Source: an uncultured Actinomycetota bacterium (GTDB taxonomy: Bacteria > Actinomycetota > Actinomycetes > JAHEKZ01). Taken from it: 64,000 nt of DNA. The notes below the pieces were generated by a model that ran no database searches, had not been told where the DNA came from, and saw nothing but the letters and a program-made list of their open reading frames with translations. Positions 9,387 through 21,402 of this stretch are shown here, piece by piece. The stretch's first letter is position 1. Every line of letters starts with the position of its first letter. The DNA lies in the NCBI GenBank assembly GCA_963743915.1, contig CAVURN010000003.1, positions 96,001 through 160,000 of the forward strand. Reading direction: 5' to 3'. Both the position numbers and the translations under genes were made by a program.

Positions 9387-10310
9387 TCAGTAGTTCTGGA
9401 CGACGTCGCGCCAGGCGTCCTGGCTGGGCGCGTCGAGCAGCCGGTAGTCGGTGCCCTTCGGGCCTACCACGTCGAAGTAGATGCCGAAGATCGCGTTGAT
9501 CCCCGGCTTCTCGGTGTGCCTGGCCGCGAGCCATGCACCGACCGAACGCAGCCACGCCGCCCGAGCCGTCCCGGTCGGGTCCGAGCTCACCTTGACGCTA
9601 CCGACCTCGGAGACGCCCCACGGGATGGTGGGGTTGGCCGCAGACCAGTTAGTGATCGGCTTGAACATGTTGGCCGGGTTGCCGTAGGCGTTGCGCCGCC
9701 ACGCGTGGTTGTAGCAGTCGAAGGCGAGCATCGACTGAGCGGTCGGGACGTAGTAGTTGAGCCAGTTGCGGTTCGACGCCGGGTTCATCGTGTAGCACAT
9801 CAGAATCAGCGTGCTGTGCAGGTTGGCCGTCGCCGGTGCCGCCTCGTTCGCGATGTCGGAGACGCGCTGCCAGGCGGCCCGGTAGTCAGCGGCCGAGTAC
9901 TCGCCGCGCGCGATGTTGTCCTCGGGCTCGTGGATGTACGACCAGTAGACGTCGTACGACGGAACGGTCGCGAACCAGTTGCGCAGGGCAGTGTCGTAGC
10001 GACCCGCCAGGACGTCCCGGGGGTGGTACCGGAACGAGACGACGACCGGTCGACCGCTGAGACCGGCGTTGCCGGGCCACGCCTGTGGGGCACCGGAGTA
10101 GAAGACGCGGCTGATCGGCAACGGTGTGGGCGTGCCGAAGACGGCGTCCTGGCGGGCCACCGCCTGGGCGAAGTTCTCACCGCTTCGCACCGCGACGAGC
10201 GAACCGAACTGGACGCCCGACGTTCCGGCCGAGCTGTTCGGTGCGTTGACCACGGCGAGCGTGCCGCCGAGCACCAGAGCGGTCAGAAGAGCCGTGATCC
10301 GGGTACGCAT
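9387..10310 (-). CDS. Secreted GH26-like glycoside hydrolase
   Basis: Signal peptide; YIHEPED (acid/base), AADYRAAWQRV, AFDCYN, WGVSEVG (nucleophile). Confidence 0.7.
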   Translation of the reverse strand: MRTRITALLTALVLGGTLAVVNAPNSSAGTSGVQFGSLVAVRSGENFAQAVARQDAVFGTPTPLPISRVFYSGAPQAWPGNAGLSGRPVVVSFRYHPRDVLAGRYDTALRNWFATVPSYDVYWSYIHEPEDNIARGEYSAADYRAAWQRVSDIANEAAPATANLHSTLILMCYTMNPASNRNWLNYYVPTAQSMLAFDCYNHAWRRNAYGNPANMFKPITNWSAANPTIPWGVSEVGSVKVSSDPTGTARAAWLRSVGAWLAARHTEKPGINAIFGIYFDVVGPKGTDYRLLDAPSQDAWRDVVQNY

Positions 10311-10503
10311 GTGATCCCCCAGCGAAGCGTGACATCCAGCCGAACGGACCGGACGTTCCGGGCAGCATAGTGCGATCCGCGTCGCGGGAAGCCCTCTTCC
10401 GGCAACGATTGCGTCGCTCATCTTACTTTGTGTGCGCTGTGCTGACCACGAGTGACTCTCGGTCACGAATGCCGCCTGCCGGCGCCCGTGAGACGATCGC
10501 CCG

Positions 10504-11064
10504 ATGGGCTTTCACATGGCGAACGACGCGGACGCCGACCGCGTCCTGGACGAGCACCCGTTCGCGCTGGTCATGGGGATGATGCTCGACCAGCGCTACC
10601 CGATGGAGCACGCCTTCCGGGGCGGGTACAAGGTGCTCAGCCGCTTCGGCTCCCTCGAGCCCGCGGCCATCGCTGCCGCCGATCCCGAGAAGTTCAAGGA
10701 GCTGTGCAGCGTGCCGCCGGCGATCCACCGGTTCCCCGGCTCGATGGCCGGACGCCTGCAGGAGCTCGCGGCCCACGTCGAGGACCAGTACGACGGCGAC
10801 GTCACCCGGCTCTGGACCGAGCCGAAGTCCGGCGCAGCGCTCTACAAGCGGGTCCAGGCGCTGCCAGGGTTCGGCAAGCAGAAGTCGCAGATCTTCGTGG
10901 CGCTGCTCGCCAAGCAGCTCGACGTCAAGCCGAAGGGCTGGACGACTGTCGCCGGCGACTACGCGAAGAAGGGCTACCGCTCCGTCGCCGACGTGGTCGA
11001 CGCCGATTCGCTGCAGAAGGTGCGCGACTTCAAGAAGGCCCAGAAGGCGTCCGCCGCGGGCTGA
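10504..11064 (+). CDS. HhH-GPD-type base excision repair protein
   Basis: PFALVMGMMLDQ, AIHRFPGSMA, LPGFGKQKSQIF, RSVADV. Confidence 0.9.
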   Translation: MGFHMANDADADRVLDEHPFALVMGMMLDQRYPMEHAFRGGYKVLSRFGSLEPAAIAAADPEKFKELCSVPPAIHRFPGSMAGRLQELAAHVEDQYDGDVTRLWTEPKSGAALYKRVQALPGFGKQKSQIFVALLAKQLDVKPKGWTTVAGDYAKKGYRSVADVVDADSLQKVRDFKKAQKASAAG

Positions 11065-12256
11065 CCGCCAGCATCGCGGTGGCCGTGAGCAAGCGGATGC
11101 CGGTCGGGATGGCGCCCTCGTCGACGTCGAAGTCGCCTCGGTGCAGGTCGCGTACGACCTGCGCGCCCGGGGATCGCACGCCGAGCCGAGCGAGTGCGCC
11201 GGGAATCACCTCGAGGAACGAGGCGAAGTCCTCGCCACCCAGACTCTGCTCAGCCTCGTGCACGTGGTCAGCGCCGAGCATCGCTGCCGCAGCCTGACGG
11301 AGCAGGTCGACGCCGGCGACATCGTTGACGACCGGTGGCACTCCCCGCGCATAGTCCACGTCCACGGTCACGCCGTACGGTGCGGCGACGGCGGCGACAG
11401 CCTCGGCGACCAGCCTCGGTGCGTCGTTCCAGGCGGCGACGTCCAGCGAGCGGACGGTGCCCTCGGCCAGCCCGCGCTGGGGGATCACATCGGCCACTTC
11501 TCCTGCGTCGATGTGCCCCCACACCAAGGAGACGCCGGCCCTCGGGTCCACCCGGCGAGACAGGACGGACGGGACGTCGGTCACCACCTTCGCCAGCGCA
11601 TAGACGAGGTCCTGGGTCAGGTGCGGACGCGCCGTGTGTCCGCCCGGTCCGAGCAGCCGGACCCGGACATGGTCGCTCGACCCGGTAATGGCCCCGGCAC
11701 GCAGACCGACGTCGCCGACATCCAGTCGCGGGTCGCAGTGCAGGGCGAAGATCTGCGCCACGCCGTCGATCGCGCCTGCGGCGATCACGTCGAGCGCGCC
11801 CCCGGGGTTTGCCTCCTCGGCTGGCTCGAAGATCAGCCGGACCCGTCCCGGCAGCGGGTGTTCCCGTTGCAGCTCCGCGAGTGCGAGGCCGACCCCGAGC
11901 ACGATGGTCGCGTGCACGTCGTGGCCGCAGGCGTGGCACACCCCGGGAACAGTGGACCGGTAGACGACGTCCTTCTCGTCGCCGAGGGGCAGGGCGTCGA
12001 TGTCGGCGCGCAGCGCGACCGCGGGGTCGCCCTCACCGATGTCGCACCACAACCCCGTCCCACCGGGGAGCACCTTCGGCACGAGGCCGGCCAGCTCCAG
12101 CCGGGACACCAGCGCGGCGGTCGTGCGCGTCTCCAGCCTCGCCAGCTCAGGGTGGGCGTGCAGGTCGCGACGGAACGACGTCAGCTCATCGAGGTGGCGG
12201 GACAGGAACCCGTCCAGCCGAGCGGCCAGCACCGCAAGGTCGACGTCAGCGGTCAC
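11030..12256 (-). CDS. M20D-family amidohydrolase
   Basis: RRDLHAHPEL, LRADIDAL, HACGHD, PAEE, GGHTARPH, GGEDF. GTG overlaps the mycoredoxin stop. Confidence 0.92.
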   Translation of the reverse strand: MTADVDLAVLAARLDGFLSRHLDELTSFRRDLHAHPELARLETRTTAALVSRLELAGLVPKVLPGGTGLWCDIGEGDPAVALRADIDALPLGDEKDVVYRSTVPGVCHACGHDVHATIVLGVGLALAELQREHPLPGRVRLIFEPAEEANPGGALDVIAAGAIDGVAQIFALHCDPRLDVGDVGLRAGAITGSSDHVRVRLLGPGGHTARPHLTQDLVYALAKVVTDVPSVLSRRVDPRAGVSLVWGHIDAGEVADVIPQRGLAEGTVRSLDVAAWNDAPRLVAEAVAAVAAPYGVTVDVDYARGVPPVVNDVAGVDLLRQAAAAMLGADHVHEAEQSLGGEDFASFLEVIPGALARLGVRSPGAQVVRDLHRGDFDVDEGAIPTGIRLLTATAMLAVSPRRTPSGPS

Positions 12257-12504
12257 GGGCCTTCCTGCAGCTTGGCGGCAACGGCCGCCACCGAGGGGTT
12301 GACCAGCGCGGTGCCGTCGGCGAACTCGACGGTCGGGATCACCCACTCGCCCTCGCTCAGCTGCACCAGCCGCTCCAGAAAGGCGGGGTCGGCATCGACG
12401 TCGACCTCCTCGTACGCGATGCCCGCGTGCTCCAGCTGCGCCTTCAGGCGGTGACAGTGTCCGCACCATTCGGCCGAGAACACGACCGGCGACCGAGGCT
12501 TCAT
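12253..12504 (-). CDS. Mycoredoxin / glutaredoxin-like protein
   Basis: WCGHCHRLK and IPTVEFADGTALVNPS. Confidence 0.88.
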   Translation of the reverse strand: MKPRSPVVFSAEWCGHCHRLKAQLEHAGIAYEEVDVDADPAFLERLVQLSEGEWVIPTVEFADGTALVNPSVAAVAAKLQEGP

Positions 12505-12566
12505 GGACACGTCCTTCGTGAGGGGTGGACTCGGACAAGCGTATAGCAAATGATCCCAATCGGTAC

Positions 12567-14523
12567 CTATCCAGTAGACGCTCGCTCGTCGTCCGGGACC
12601 GGGAGCAGCCAGCGCGACATCCAGGCGACGAGGGCCTCGTCGTGCGCGAGGCGGGCCGAGATCGGTCCGTACGTGCTGCCTTCGTGAGTCGAGCCCGGCA
12701 GCACCAGCACCTGGCTCGGGGTGCCGACCTCGCAGAGGACGCGGTGCATGGCCCACGCCTGGCCCGGCGGGCAGCGGCGATCGAGCTCACCGATGACGAA
12801 CAGTGCCGGGGTGCGGCATCGATGCGCGTGCAGCAGCGGCGACTGCGACAGGTACACGTCGGCCTTCTCGTGCGGCGGACCGCCGAGCTGGGCCGGGAAG
12901 AAACGTCGACCGATGTCGCTGGTGCCGTACATGCCGAGCAGGTCGATGACGGGGTTCTCGATGACTGCGGCCGGAAGCGGTCGTGGTGGACGCCAGCCAG
13001 GCCGACAGGTAGCCGCCGTAGGAGTTGCCGGTGACGCCGAGGCGGCCGGCGTCGGCCCAGCCGTGCGCGACGGCGTGGTCGACGACGGCGAGCACGTCGC
13101 GACTGGGGCCGTCGGCCCAGTCGCCGTGCACCGCGTGGGCGAAGGCGTCGCCGTACCCGGTCGATCCGCGAGGGTTGGTGTACAGCACGCCGAATCCCGC
13201 GTCGCAGAGCGCCTGGGCGTCCAGGGAGAACGCCTCGCCGTAGGTGAAGTGCGGGCCGCCGTGGATGACGACGACGGTGGAAGTGGGCCGGCGGGTCCGT
13301 GCGGTGACAGGAACCAGCCGTCGAGCTGGCCGCCGTTCGGCGAGACTGACGACGAACCGCTCGGCATGCGCGAACGGGCCGAGCTGACTCGGCGAAGCCG
13401 AGGAGCCGACGCCTCGGGCTGGTCAGGAGGCGAGGTCGATCGTCGCGAGCTCGGGGAACAGCTCGGCCGCCTGACGGGTGAAGACGAGCAGGTCACCGGC
13501 CAGGCCGACCGGTGAACAGGAGCGTTGCCCGTCAACGAGCGTCGTCGTACGCCCGCTGTCGACGTCGACCAGCGCGATCCCCATCCGGCCCCTGGCGCCG
13601 ACGCGGACCACCACCGACCGCCCGCGCGGCGAGCAGGACCTGCTCGTAGGTGTCGGCGAGCTCGGCCGGGCAGTCGCCGAACACATCGCCGAGCAGGTTC
13701 TCGGTGCGCCAGCTCGCGAACCGTTCCGTCCGTCAACGACGAACAGGGCGGCGGCACTCCCTCCGGGCGACCGTGCGGCTCGGCGACCAGCACGACCAGC
13801 GGCCGTCGCGCAGCCAGGCCGGCACGACCGCCCGTCCGCCGGGATCGCCAGGTCCTCGACGCGTGCCGTCGAGGTGCACCAAGCCGCAGGCACTGCCCAC
13901 CCACGGAGTCGGTCGGGTCGGCGGACGCCAGTGCGGCGACGCGGTCGCCCTGCGGGGACCACCGGGGCGTCGACCAGCGCCAGTCGTCGTCGGTGAGCCA
14001 CGCGCCCGTCCCGTCGTCGACATCGACCAGTCGCAGCTGCGGCGGGTCCTCCAGCGGCCCGGGCCGTCGGCTGCCGGGAACGGACGCGTCCAGCGGTACG
14101 GGCGGTCCGGTCGATCACCGTCCCCCGCCGGCACGGGACGACGATCTGGGCGCCATCGGGCGACCACGCCGGGCCCCGTCGACGGGCGTCGGCCCCGGCG
14201 AGGATGTGCAGTGCGCCGATCGCCGGATCGGCGACGGCCAGAACCGTGCGTCCGTCGCGCTCGGCCAGCAGCGCGAGGCGCCGCCGGCCGGGTGCCCAGA
14301 CGGCGACTCGGTCGCCGGGCTCGGCACCCGGCAGGGTCCGCTCGTCTCCGGTGCGACGTCGACGAGCGACAGCTCGACGAGCTCGTCCTCGGTGCCTTCT
14401 GGGACTCGAGCGGTGGTGAGGGCCAGCACACCGTGCGTCGGGGACGCTGGCGTGGAACGGGGCGCGAGCGGAGAACGGCGGGTAGAAGGCGTCCGCGCTC
14501 GACAGCTGCACGGGGTCAGTCAT
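12567..14523 (-). CDS. S9-family peptidase (multiple frameshifts)
   Basis: IHGGPH, NPRGSTGYG, GNSYGG nucleophile, DRRCP, HEG, spread over several frames. Confidence 0.82.
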
Positions 14524-15096
14524 CGGCGTAGGCGACGACGGTGAGGATGCGGCTGGCGTCCGAGCGAGCGGTAGAGGTGGGGTGACGCGCAGAGAACTGC
14601 ACCGCGTCGCCGGTCTGCAGGGCAGCACGTCGCGACCGACAGGCGAGCTCGACGGCGCCGGCGACGACGTAGCCGTACTCGATGGAGCCGCGCCCGTGGT
14701 CGCTCGGAACACCCCTGCTCGCCGGATGCAGATCACCCTCGGAAACGTCGAACCGATGCCGCTCCATCATGCTGAACAGCAGCCGGGCGCCGGTCGTCGT
14801 TGCTGTCGATCGGCTGCTCGGATCACGACGAGGCTCGATCTGCGGAGAGCGGGTGAGCTCGGAGAAGCCGATGTCGAGCGCCGCGATCCGGCGTCAAGGT
14901 CGACACCGTCGGGTTGGCGACCTCGCGTTCGATCTGTGACAGCAACGCCTTGCTGAGGCCGGTCTGTGGCGCCAGCTCTCGCAGGCTCAGGCCTCGAGCG
15001 AGCCGGACGCGTCGCATGTTGTCGGCGACTGCGGTACGGATGACCCACGTCCGTTGTCGTCGCGTTCGTGTCGCGTTCCGGTCGTCGCTCAGGCAT
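14516..15096 (-). CDS. XRE-family regulator with cupin domain (frameshifted)
   Basis: RLARGLSLRELA...LSKALLSQIEREVANPT; C-terminal HGRGSIEYGYVVAG...GDAVQF. Confidence 0.82.
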
Positions 15097-16839
15097 CGTG
15101 TGGCTCCTGAACCGAGGGGTACCTGATCTCGGCTGCCGGGTACCGAAGCCAACAGCGACTGAGTGTAGGAGTGGCTGGGGTTGGCGAGGATCGACTCGGT
15201 GTCTCCGGAGTCGACCACCTGCCCGTCTCGCATGATGTAGAGGCGGGTCGCCACCTGGCGAACGACGGCGAGGTCGTGGGTGATGAAGAGCAACGCGAGC
15301 CCGCAGCCGGTCGAGCAGTTCGCCGAGCAGGTTGAGGATCTGCGCCTGCACCGAGACGTCGAGCGCTGAGACGGCCTCGTCGCAGATGAGCAGTTGCGGT
15401 GCGCGGGGCCAGGGCTCTGGCGATAGCGACCCGCTGCTGCTCACCGCCGGACAGGCCCTTCGGCTTGCGCCGGCGTACGACGGCAGGCAGCCCGATCATG
15501 TCGAGCAGCTCGGGAACATCGCTGCGTCGGGCGTCCGCCGGCTCGAAGCGCCTCGGCAGTGCGGCTCCGATCGTCATGGCGGGGTTCAGCGCTGAGGTCG
15601 GGTCCTGAAAGACGATCTGGGCGCGGCGCGCCTGCGGCAGGTCGCTCGACCAGTCGATCGCTCCGCTGTCGTGCGTCTCCAGCCCGACCAGGCACCGGGC
15701 CAGTGTCGTCTTTCCTGACCCGGACTCGCCGACGATCCCGACGGCCTCACCGGCGCCGATACTGATGGAGACGTCGTCGAGTGCTGGGGGAGCGGACTCG
15801 AGAACCGCTTGCTGACACTGCTCACCGCGACCAGAGGCTCCGGGCATGACCGGGTCGCCCGAACCGCCGGGACCGACAGAGGCGCTCGATCGACCGGCGC
15901 CGAGCGGATGCCAGCAGGCGACCTGCGTCGACATCACCTTCCGAGCTGGTGGTTCGTCGGTGCGGCACTGATCATCGGCGCGGGGGCAGCGCGCTGCGAA
16001 AGAGCATCCGGCAGGGACTTCCCACGGACGCGGAACCGAGCCGGGACCGCGGGCAGCTGCTCGACGCGGTGACCTCGAGGGTGGCTCACTGTCGCGCAGT
16101 ACCGCGGTGTACGGGTGTCGCGGGTGAGTCGAACAGGTCGACGCCCGTCCCGCGACTCCATCAGCCGGCCCGGCGTACATGACCAGGATCCGTCCTGCGC
16201 GTTCGCGAGCGAGCGCCAGGTCGTGGGTGATCAGCAGCAGCGCCATCGCCGCGCTCGCTGCTGGATGCGGTGCAAGCAGGTCGAGCACCTCGCGCTGGGT
16301 GGTGACGTCGAGCGCGGTGGTTGGTTCGTCTCCGATCAGCACCTCGGGATCGCTGGCGAGGCTGGCGGCGAGCGCCACCCGTTGGCGCATGCCACCGGAC
16401 AGCTCGAACGGGTACTGCTGGGCTACCCGGTCGGGCAGGTCGACCTCGTCGAGCCGGCGCGCGATCTCGGCGTCGGCGCGCCGCGACGGAGGCAGGGCGG
16501 CGGCAATCTGCGGGCCGCACCGGTGCACCGGGCTGAGGCTGGTGAACGGGTTCTGCAGCAGCAGGCTGATCCGACGTCCACGCAGGCCGTTCATCGCCGA
16601 CGGGCCATGCCGCGAGGTCGACTGACGGTCGTCGCCAAGGCGCACCGTGCCGGTCGCGGTCACGCCCGGCGGGCAGCAGTCCGATGAGCGGCCTTGGCCG
16701 TCATCGACTTACCGCACCCGGACTCGCCGACGAGCGCGACCGTCTCGTCCGAGGCGAACCGACAGCTCCATGCGACGACGATCGTCGCCGGCCGGCCCGG
16801 TGACCCGCAGGTTCGAGCAGCTCGAGGGCGGTGCATCAT
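15089..16839 (-). CDS. Peptide ABC transporter ATP-binding protein, fused double ATPase (frameshifted)
   Basis: GESGCGKS, LSGGMRQR, DEPTTALD, CSFAARC; second domain GESGSGKT, LSGGEQQR, DEAVSALD. Confidence 0.88.
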
Positions 16840-17655
16840 GCGCACGCCGGCCTCGGCGTTGAAGCGCTCCTGGAGCCAGTCACCGAGCAGGTTGATCGTC
16901 GCTGCGGTGATGATGATGAGCACCCCGGGCACGATCGCCGCGGCGGCGTTCTGGCTGAGCAGGTCGCGCCCGTCGGCTCAGCTGGCGACCCCAGTCGGGC
17001 TCGCCCGGCCCGACGCCGAGCCCGAGAAAGGAGAGCGCGGACATCGCGACCAGTGCGAAGGCGACGTTCAGCAGCATGGTGGCGAACGCGATGGGAAGCA
17101 CGTTCGGCAGGACGTGCCGGAACATGATGCGCCACCGACTGAGCCCAAGGACGCGAGCCGACTCGATGTACGGGCGCGTTGCCTGCGTCATGACCGCACT
17201 TCGCATCAGCGGATGTCGGTGGGGGAGAACAGCACGACCAGGACGAGGACCGTGACCCAGTAGCCACCGTCGATGAGCCCGGCGACGACGAGCGCGATGA
17301 GCGTGACCGGCAGTGCGAGCAGGAGGTCGGCGTACTTGGTCAGAAGGAGGTCGATCCATCCACCGATGTACCCCGAGGCGGTGCCGAGCACCATGCCCGA
17401 GCAGCATCGATCCGAGCGCGATGACGATCGGCCCGATCACCGCGGAGCGGGTGCCCGCGATGCTCAGGTCGAGGATGTCGCGCCCGAGCAGGTCGGTACC
17501 GAACAGGTGACCGTCGGTGCCGGCGGGGAACCGTGCCGAGCAACGGGTTCTGCGGGGTCGGGCTGGGCACCAGCCATGACGCCGGCGACGGCGAACACGA
17601 CGATCGCCACCAGCGGGATCGCGCACAGCACGGGCGTGAGCGGAAGGCGTTTCAC
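16836..17655 (-). CDS. Peptide ABC permease, DppC-like (frameshifted)
   Basis: HLFGTDLLGRD, YIESARVLG, RHVLPN, LSFLGLG. Confidence 0.88.
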
Positions 17656-18614
17656 GCAGCAGCCCGCCTTGCGCACCCGCGGGTCGGCGGCGAAGGAGAA
17701 CAGGTCGACGGCGAGGGCGGTCAGGGCGATGACGGCGGCCGTGATCAGCGTGATGGCCTGCACCACCGGAACGTCCTTGAAGGTGACCGAGCCCGCCAGG
17801 AGCGAGCCGATGCCCTGCAGGGCGAAGGTGACCTCGACCAGGATCGTGCCCCGAAGAGAAAGGCGAACACCAGGCCGAGGCTGGTGACGACGGGGAGCAT
17901 CGCGTTGCGCAGCACCAGCGGCCGGATCCGGTGCGTCCGACAACCCGCGGCTGCGCGCGAACGTCACGTAGTCCTGGTCGAGCTCACGCAGCACTGCGGT
18001 ACGCGTGAGCTTCAGCACCAGGGCGCCGAGGCCGATCGCCAGGGTGACCGCAGGCAGCGACAGGTGCCACAGGCGTTCCAGTCCCCCGTCGCCGCTCCCG
18101 TACACGGGAAGATGTCGAGCCGGACGCCGAACACGTACAGCAGCACCAGGCCGACGGCGTAGGACGGTGCGCCGACGCCGACGATGGCGCTCGTCGTCGC
18201 GCCGCGGTCGACGAAGCCGCCCGCCCGCCAGGCGCTGACGATCCCGAGCGGAACGGCGACCAGCACCGTCAGCACGAACGCGTAGACCGCGAGCTGCATG
18301 GTGAGCAGAACCCGGCTGGCGAGCACGGACGTGACCGGCTCACCGCTACGGATGGACTCGCCGAAGTCACCCTGCAGGACACCACCGAGCCACAGCGGGT
18401 ACTGGTTCAGAAAGGGGTCGTCGAGGTTGTACTGCGCACGGATCTCTGCCAGGGCCTCGGGCGTCGCTGCGCGCACGCCGAGCAGGTTCCGCGCCGGGTC
18501 ACCCGGCGTCAGCTGCAGCAACGTGAAGACGATGAACGACAGTGCCAGCAGCAGGGCAATCGTCGCGAGCAGCCGACCGACCGTGAACCGAAGAACAGAA
18601 CCTCGAGACCGCAT
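17652..18614 (-). CDS. Peptide ABC permease, DppB-like (frameshifted)
   Basis: TPGDPA, LQGDFGES, DYVTFARSRGL, KDVPVVQ. Confidence 0.88.
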
Positions 18615-20262
18615 CAGCTCACGGTCAGGATGCGGGGCGTCCAGGGCGAGACGAACGTGTAGGAGCCGAAGTCCTCGATGGTGTACTCGTCGGCGAGCGC
18701 CGTCGCGGCGACTCCCCACCACAGGGGGATGTAGGGGATGTCCTCGAGGGCGACCCGCTGAGCCTCGATCAGCAGGTTGGCCCGCTCCTCGGGGTCGGTC
18801 TCCTTCCTGACCTGGTCCATGAGGGCGGTGACCTCGTCGTTGGAGTAGCCGGCGGGTTACCGGACCCGAGGAACCAGCTGGACATCTCGGCTGGATCACC
18901 GGTGGTGCTCGAGTAGTCCATGTAGGCGAGCGGCCACTCCTCCGAGCCGATGGTGCCGTACCACTGCTCGACCGGCATCTCGTTGATCTCGATGATGATG
19001 CCGAGCGGCTCGACGGCCTGCTTCAGCACCTGGAAGGCAGCGCTCACCTGAGGCGCGCTGTTGGAGATGCCGACGGTCGTGGTGAAGCCGTTCGGAACCT
19101 TCGACTGCGCCAGCTCGGCCGCCGCCGCGTCGAGGTCGTAGGGGAGGTCGAAGACCGCGGCGAGTGCCTCGCGAGCGCCTCGGGGCCGAACGACACCCTC
19201 GATCTGCTCGGGGGTCGTGAGAGCGGTTGCCACCTCACCGTGACCGTCGAGGAGCTCGTCGACGAACGCCTCGCGGTCGAGCGCGTGCGCGATGGCGCGG
19301 CGAACGTGGATGTCGTCGAAGGGTGCGGCGTGGACGTAGAAGTCGATGCCGACGTAGCTGCGGTTCGGCGCGAAGTACGTGGACGTGTTCTCGATGTCGT
19401 CCCACGCCTTCGCCTGGTCGAGCGAGATGTTGATCGCCATGCTGATGTCGTCCGACTGGCGGGCGAGCAGACGCGTCGCCTCTTCAGGGATGAAGTCGAT
19501 GCGCACGGTCTTGACCGGAACCGAACCACCCCACCAGGTGTCGACCCGCTCGAGCTCGACGCTGGAGTCGGGCACGAAGCTGGTGACCTTGTAGGGGCCC
19601 GTTGCCGTAGAAGAGCGAGTCGGGTGTGCCGATGTCTCCGTTGTTGGCGTCGACGAACTCCTCGGAGGTGACCCACAGCGCGTTGGCCGCGCACGGCGTC
19701 CACTCGAAGGCGACGTCGGCCGACTTCAGCGTGATGGTGACCTCGTTGTCACCCGTCTGCTCGACTGCCTTGGTGTTGCCCCAGGCCCAGGCGGTGTTCG
19801 GTGAGCGCTTCTGGTCGCGCGCCATGTCGATCGAGAAGATGACGTCGTCGACCGACACCGGCACACCGTCGGTGTACAGGGCGTCACTGCGGAGCGTGTA
19901 GACGTACGTCGTTGGTGACGTCTGCTCCCAGCTCTGGGCCAGCGCGGGCTGCAGCACACCGACGCCGTCGGGTGCGACCAGCCCCTCACCGACGAGCGAA
20001 GCGACGTAGTAGTTGACGATCCCGGCCTCTTTGCCCGGGTAGAGGGTGGTCATCGATGCGGGGAATCCGACCGCGAGCAGGTCGATCTCCTGGGAGGTCG
20101 CATCGCCGTCGCACTGCCGTCACCGGAGGTGGAGGAGCTGTCGCTGCAGGCGCTGAGCAGGGCTGCGAGGGCGGTGACTCCGGTGCCCTGCAGGACCCGG
20201 CGTCGACTGACGGCGGTTCCGAGCATGGGGAGCGAAGCGACGATGAGGGGCGAGTCCGGCAT
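18614..20262 (-). CDS. Peptide ABC substrate-binding protein, family 5, Tat lipoprotein (frameshifted)
   Basis: SRRRVL...LLSAC, PALAQSWE, GNGP, PFDDIHVRRAIAHA. Confidence 0.86.
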
Positions 20263-20337
20263 GCGGCGTTCTCCTCGGGGGACTGCGCGGAGGACCGGCC
20301 CGGTCGGCCGACCCGTTCAGTGGTTCTTACCATCTGT

Positions 20338-20844
20338 CTAGGCACAGTAGACGCACGCGAGGTGGTGGGCAAGGGTTCTCGCAGGCCGATTTCGCGCCGT
20401 GTCCCGGGGAGGACGCCGGCCTCGCGACGCCGTCAGCCCGGCCACGCCCAGCTGCTGCATCATCGACGCACTGTCCATGACGCCCCAGTGCTCGGCGATC
20501 TTGCCGTCGCGGATGCGCGCGACGTCGATGAGGGGGACGTCGATCCGGCGTCCGGTCGCCGGGATCCCCATGAACTCGCCCTGGTGCGTTCCCGTCGCCC
20601 GAATTCGGGTGACGACCTTGTCACCCTCGGCGATGGTGTCCTCGATCGTCATCTCGAAGTCGGGGAACGCGTCGAACATGCTCTGGAACAGGGCGCGAAC
20701 CCCCGCCTTGCCTTCGGGCGCCTCGGGGAAGGGCAGGTCCTCGTGCTCGACCATGTCGTCGGCCACCAGGTCCATGAACCCGTCGAGGTCGTGCTTGCTG
20801 ATCAGGCTGTAGATGTCGTGCGCCAGGCTGTGAAGGTCGGCCAT
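20338..20844 (-). CDS. SnoaL-like ester cyclase (true stop probably near 20433, masked by an indel)
   Basis: AFPDF...IAEGDKV...GTHQGEFMGIPATGR...DGKIAEHW. Confidence 0.9.
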   Translation of the reverse strand: MADLHSLAHDIYSLISKHDLDGFMDLVADDMVEHEDLPFPEAPEGKAGVRALFQSMFDAFPDFEMTIEDTIAEGDKVVTRIRATGTHQGEFMGIPATGRRIDVPLIDVARIRDGKIAEHWGVMDSASMMQQLGVAGLTASRGRRPPRDTARNRPARTLAHHLACVYCA

Positions 20845-20962
20845 GGGTGTCTCCTCTCGGGCGAGCACCGCCCGCCCCGTGGGGGCCGAATGCGGTGAAC
20901 GTACGCCTGTCGCCGTGGACGCGACAATGACCAGTAGTGCCCATCCGGGGCATACTCGGCCC

Positions 20963-21334
20963 ATGCCTGGAATCGCACGCCTCAACTGCTTCGCACTCGA
21001 CTGCCCCGACCCCCGCGAGCTGGCCGAGTTCTACTCGGCCATCACCGGCTGGCCCCTCGAGGACGACTACGACGACGAATGGGTGTCCCTCGTCAGCGAC
21101 GCCGGGGCGCACCTCAGCTTCCAGCGGGTTGACGACTACCGTCCGCCGCAGTGGCCCGGCCAGGAGCATCCACAACAGGCACACCTCGACTTCGCGGTCG
21201 ACGACCTGGATGCCGGCGAGGCTGCGCTGCTCGCCATCGGAGCGCGCAAGCACGAGTTCCAGCCGGGCACCGACTTCCGCGTGTACCTCGACCCGGTCGA
21301 CCATCCGTTCTGCTTGGTGCTCAGCAGCGACTGA
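20963..21334 (+). CDS. VOC/glyoxalase-family protein
   Basis: LDCPDPRELAEFY, PPQWP...QQAHLD, DPVDHPFC. Leaderless -10 CATACT. Confidence 0.9.
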   Translation: MPGIARLNCFALDCPDPRELAEFYSAITGWPLEDDYDDEWVSLVSDAGAHLSFQRVDDYRPPQWPGQEHPQQAHLDFAVDDLDAGEAALLAIGARKHEFQPGTDFRVYLDPVDHPFCLVLSSD

Positions 21335-21353
21335 CCAGCTCTGACGCGCGGAA

Positions 21354-21390
21354 CGGACGCCGGGGTGTCCGAGCGGCACCCCGGCGTCCG
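21354..21390. terminator. Bidirectional hairpin terminator
   Basis: CGGACGCCGGGGTG ... CACCCCGGCGTCCG between convergent genes. Confidence 0.75.
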
Positions 21391-21402
21391 TGGTCCTGCG
21401 TC

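Noticed and set aside
10451-10468. CRP-like site GTGA-N7-TCAC
   Set aside because: The spacer is 7 rather than 6 and the flanks are weak.
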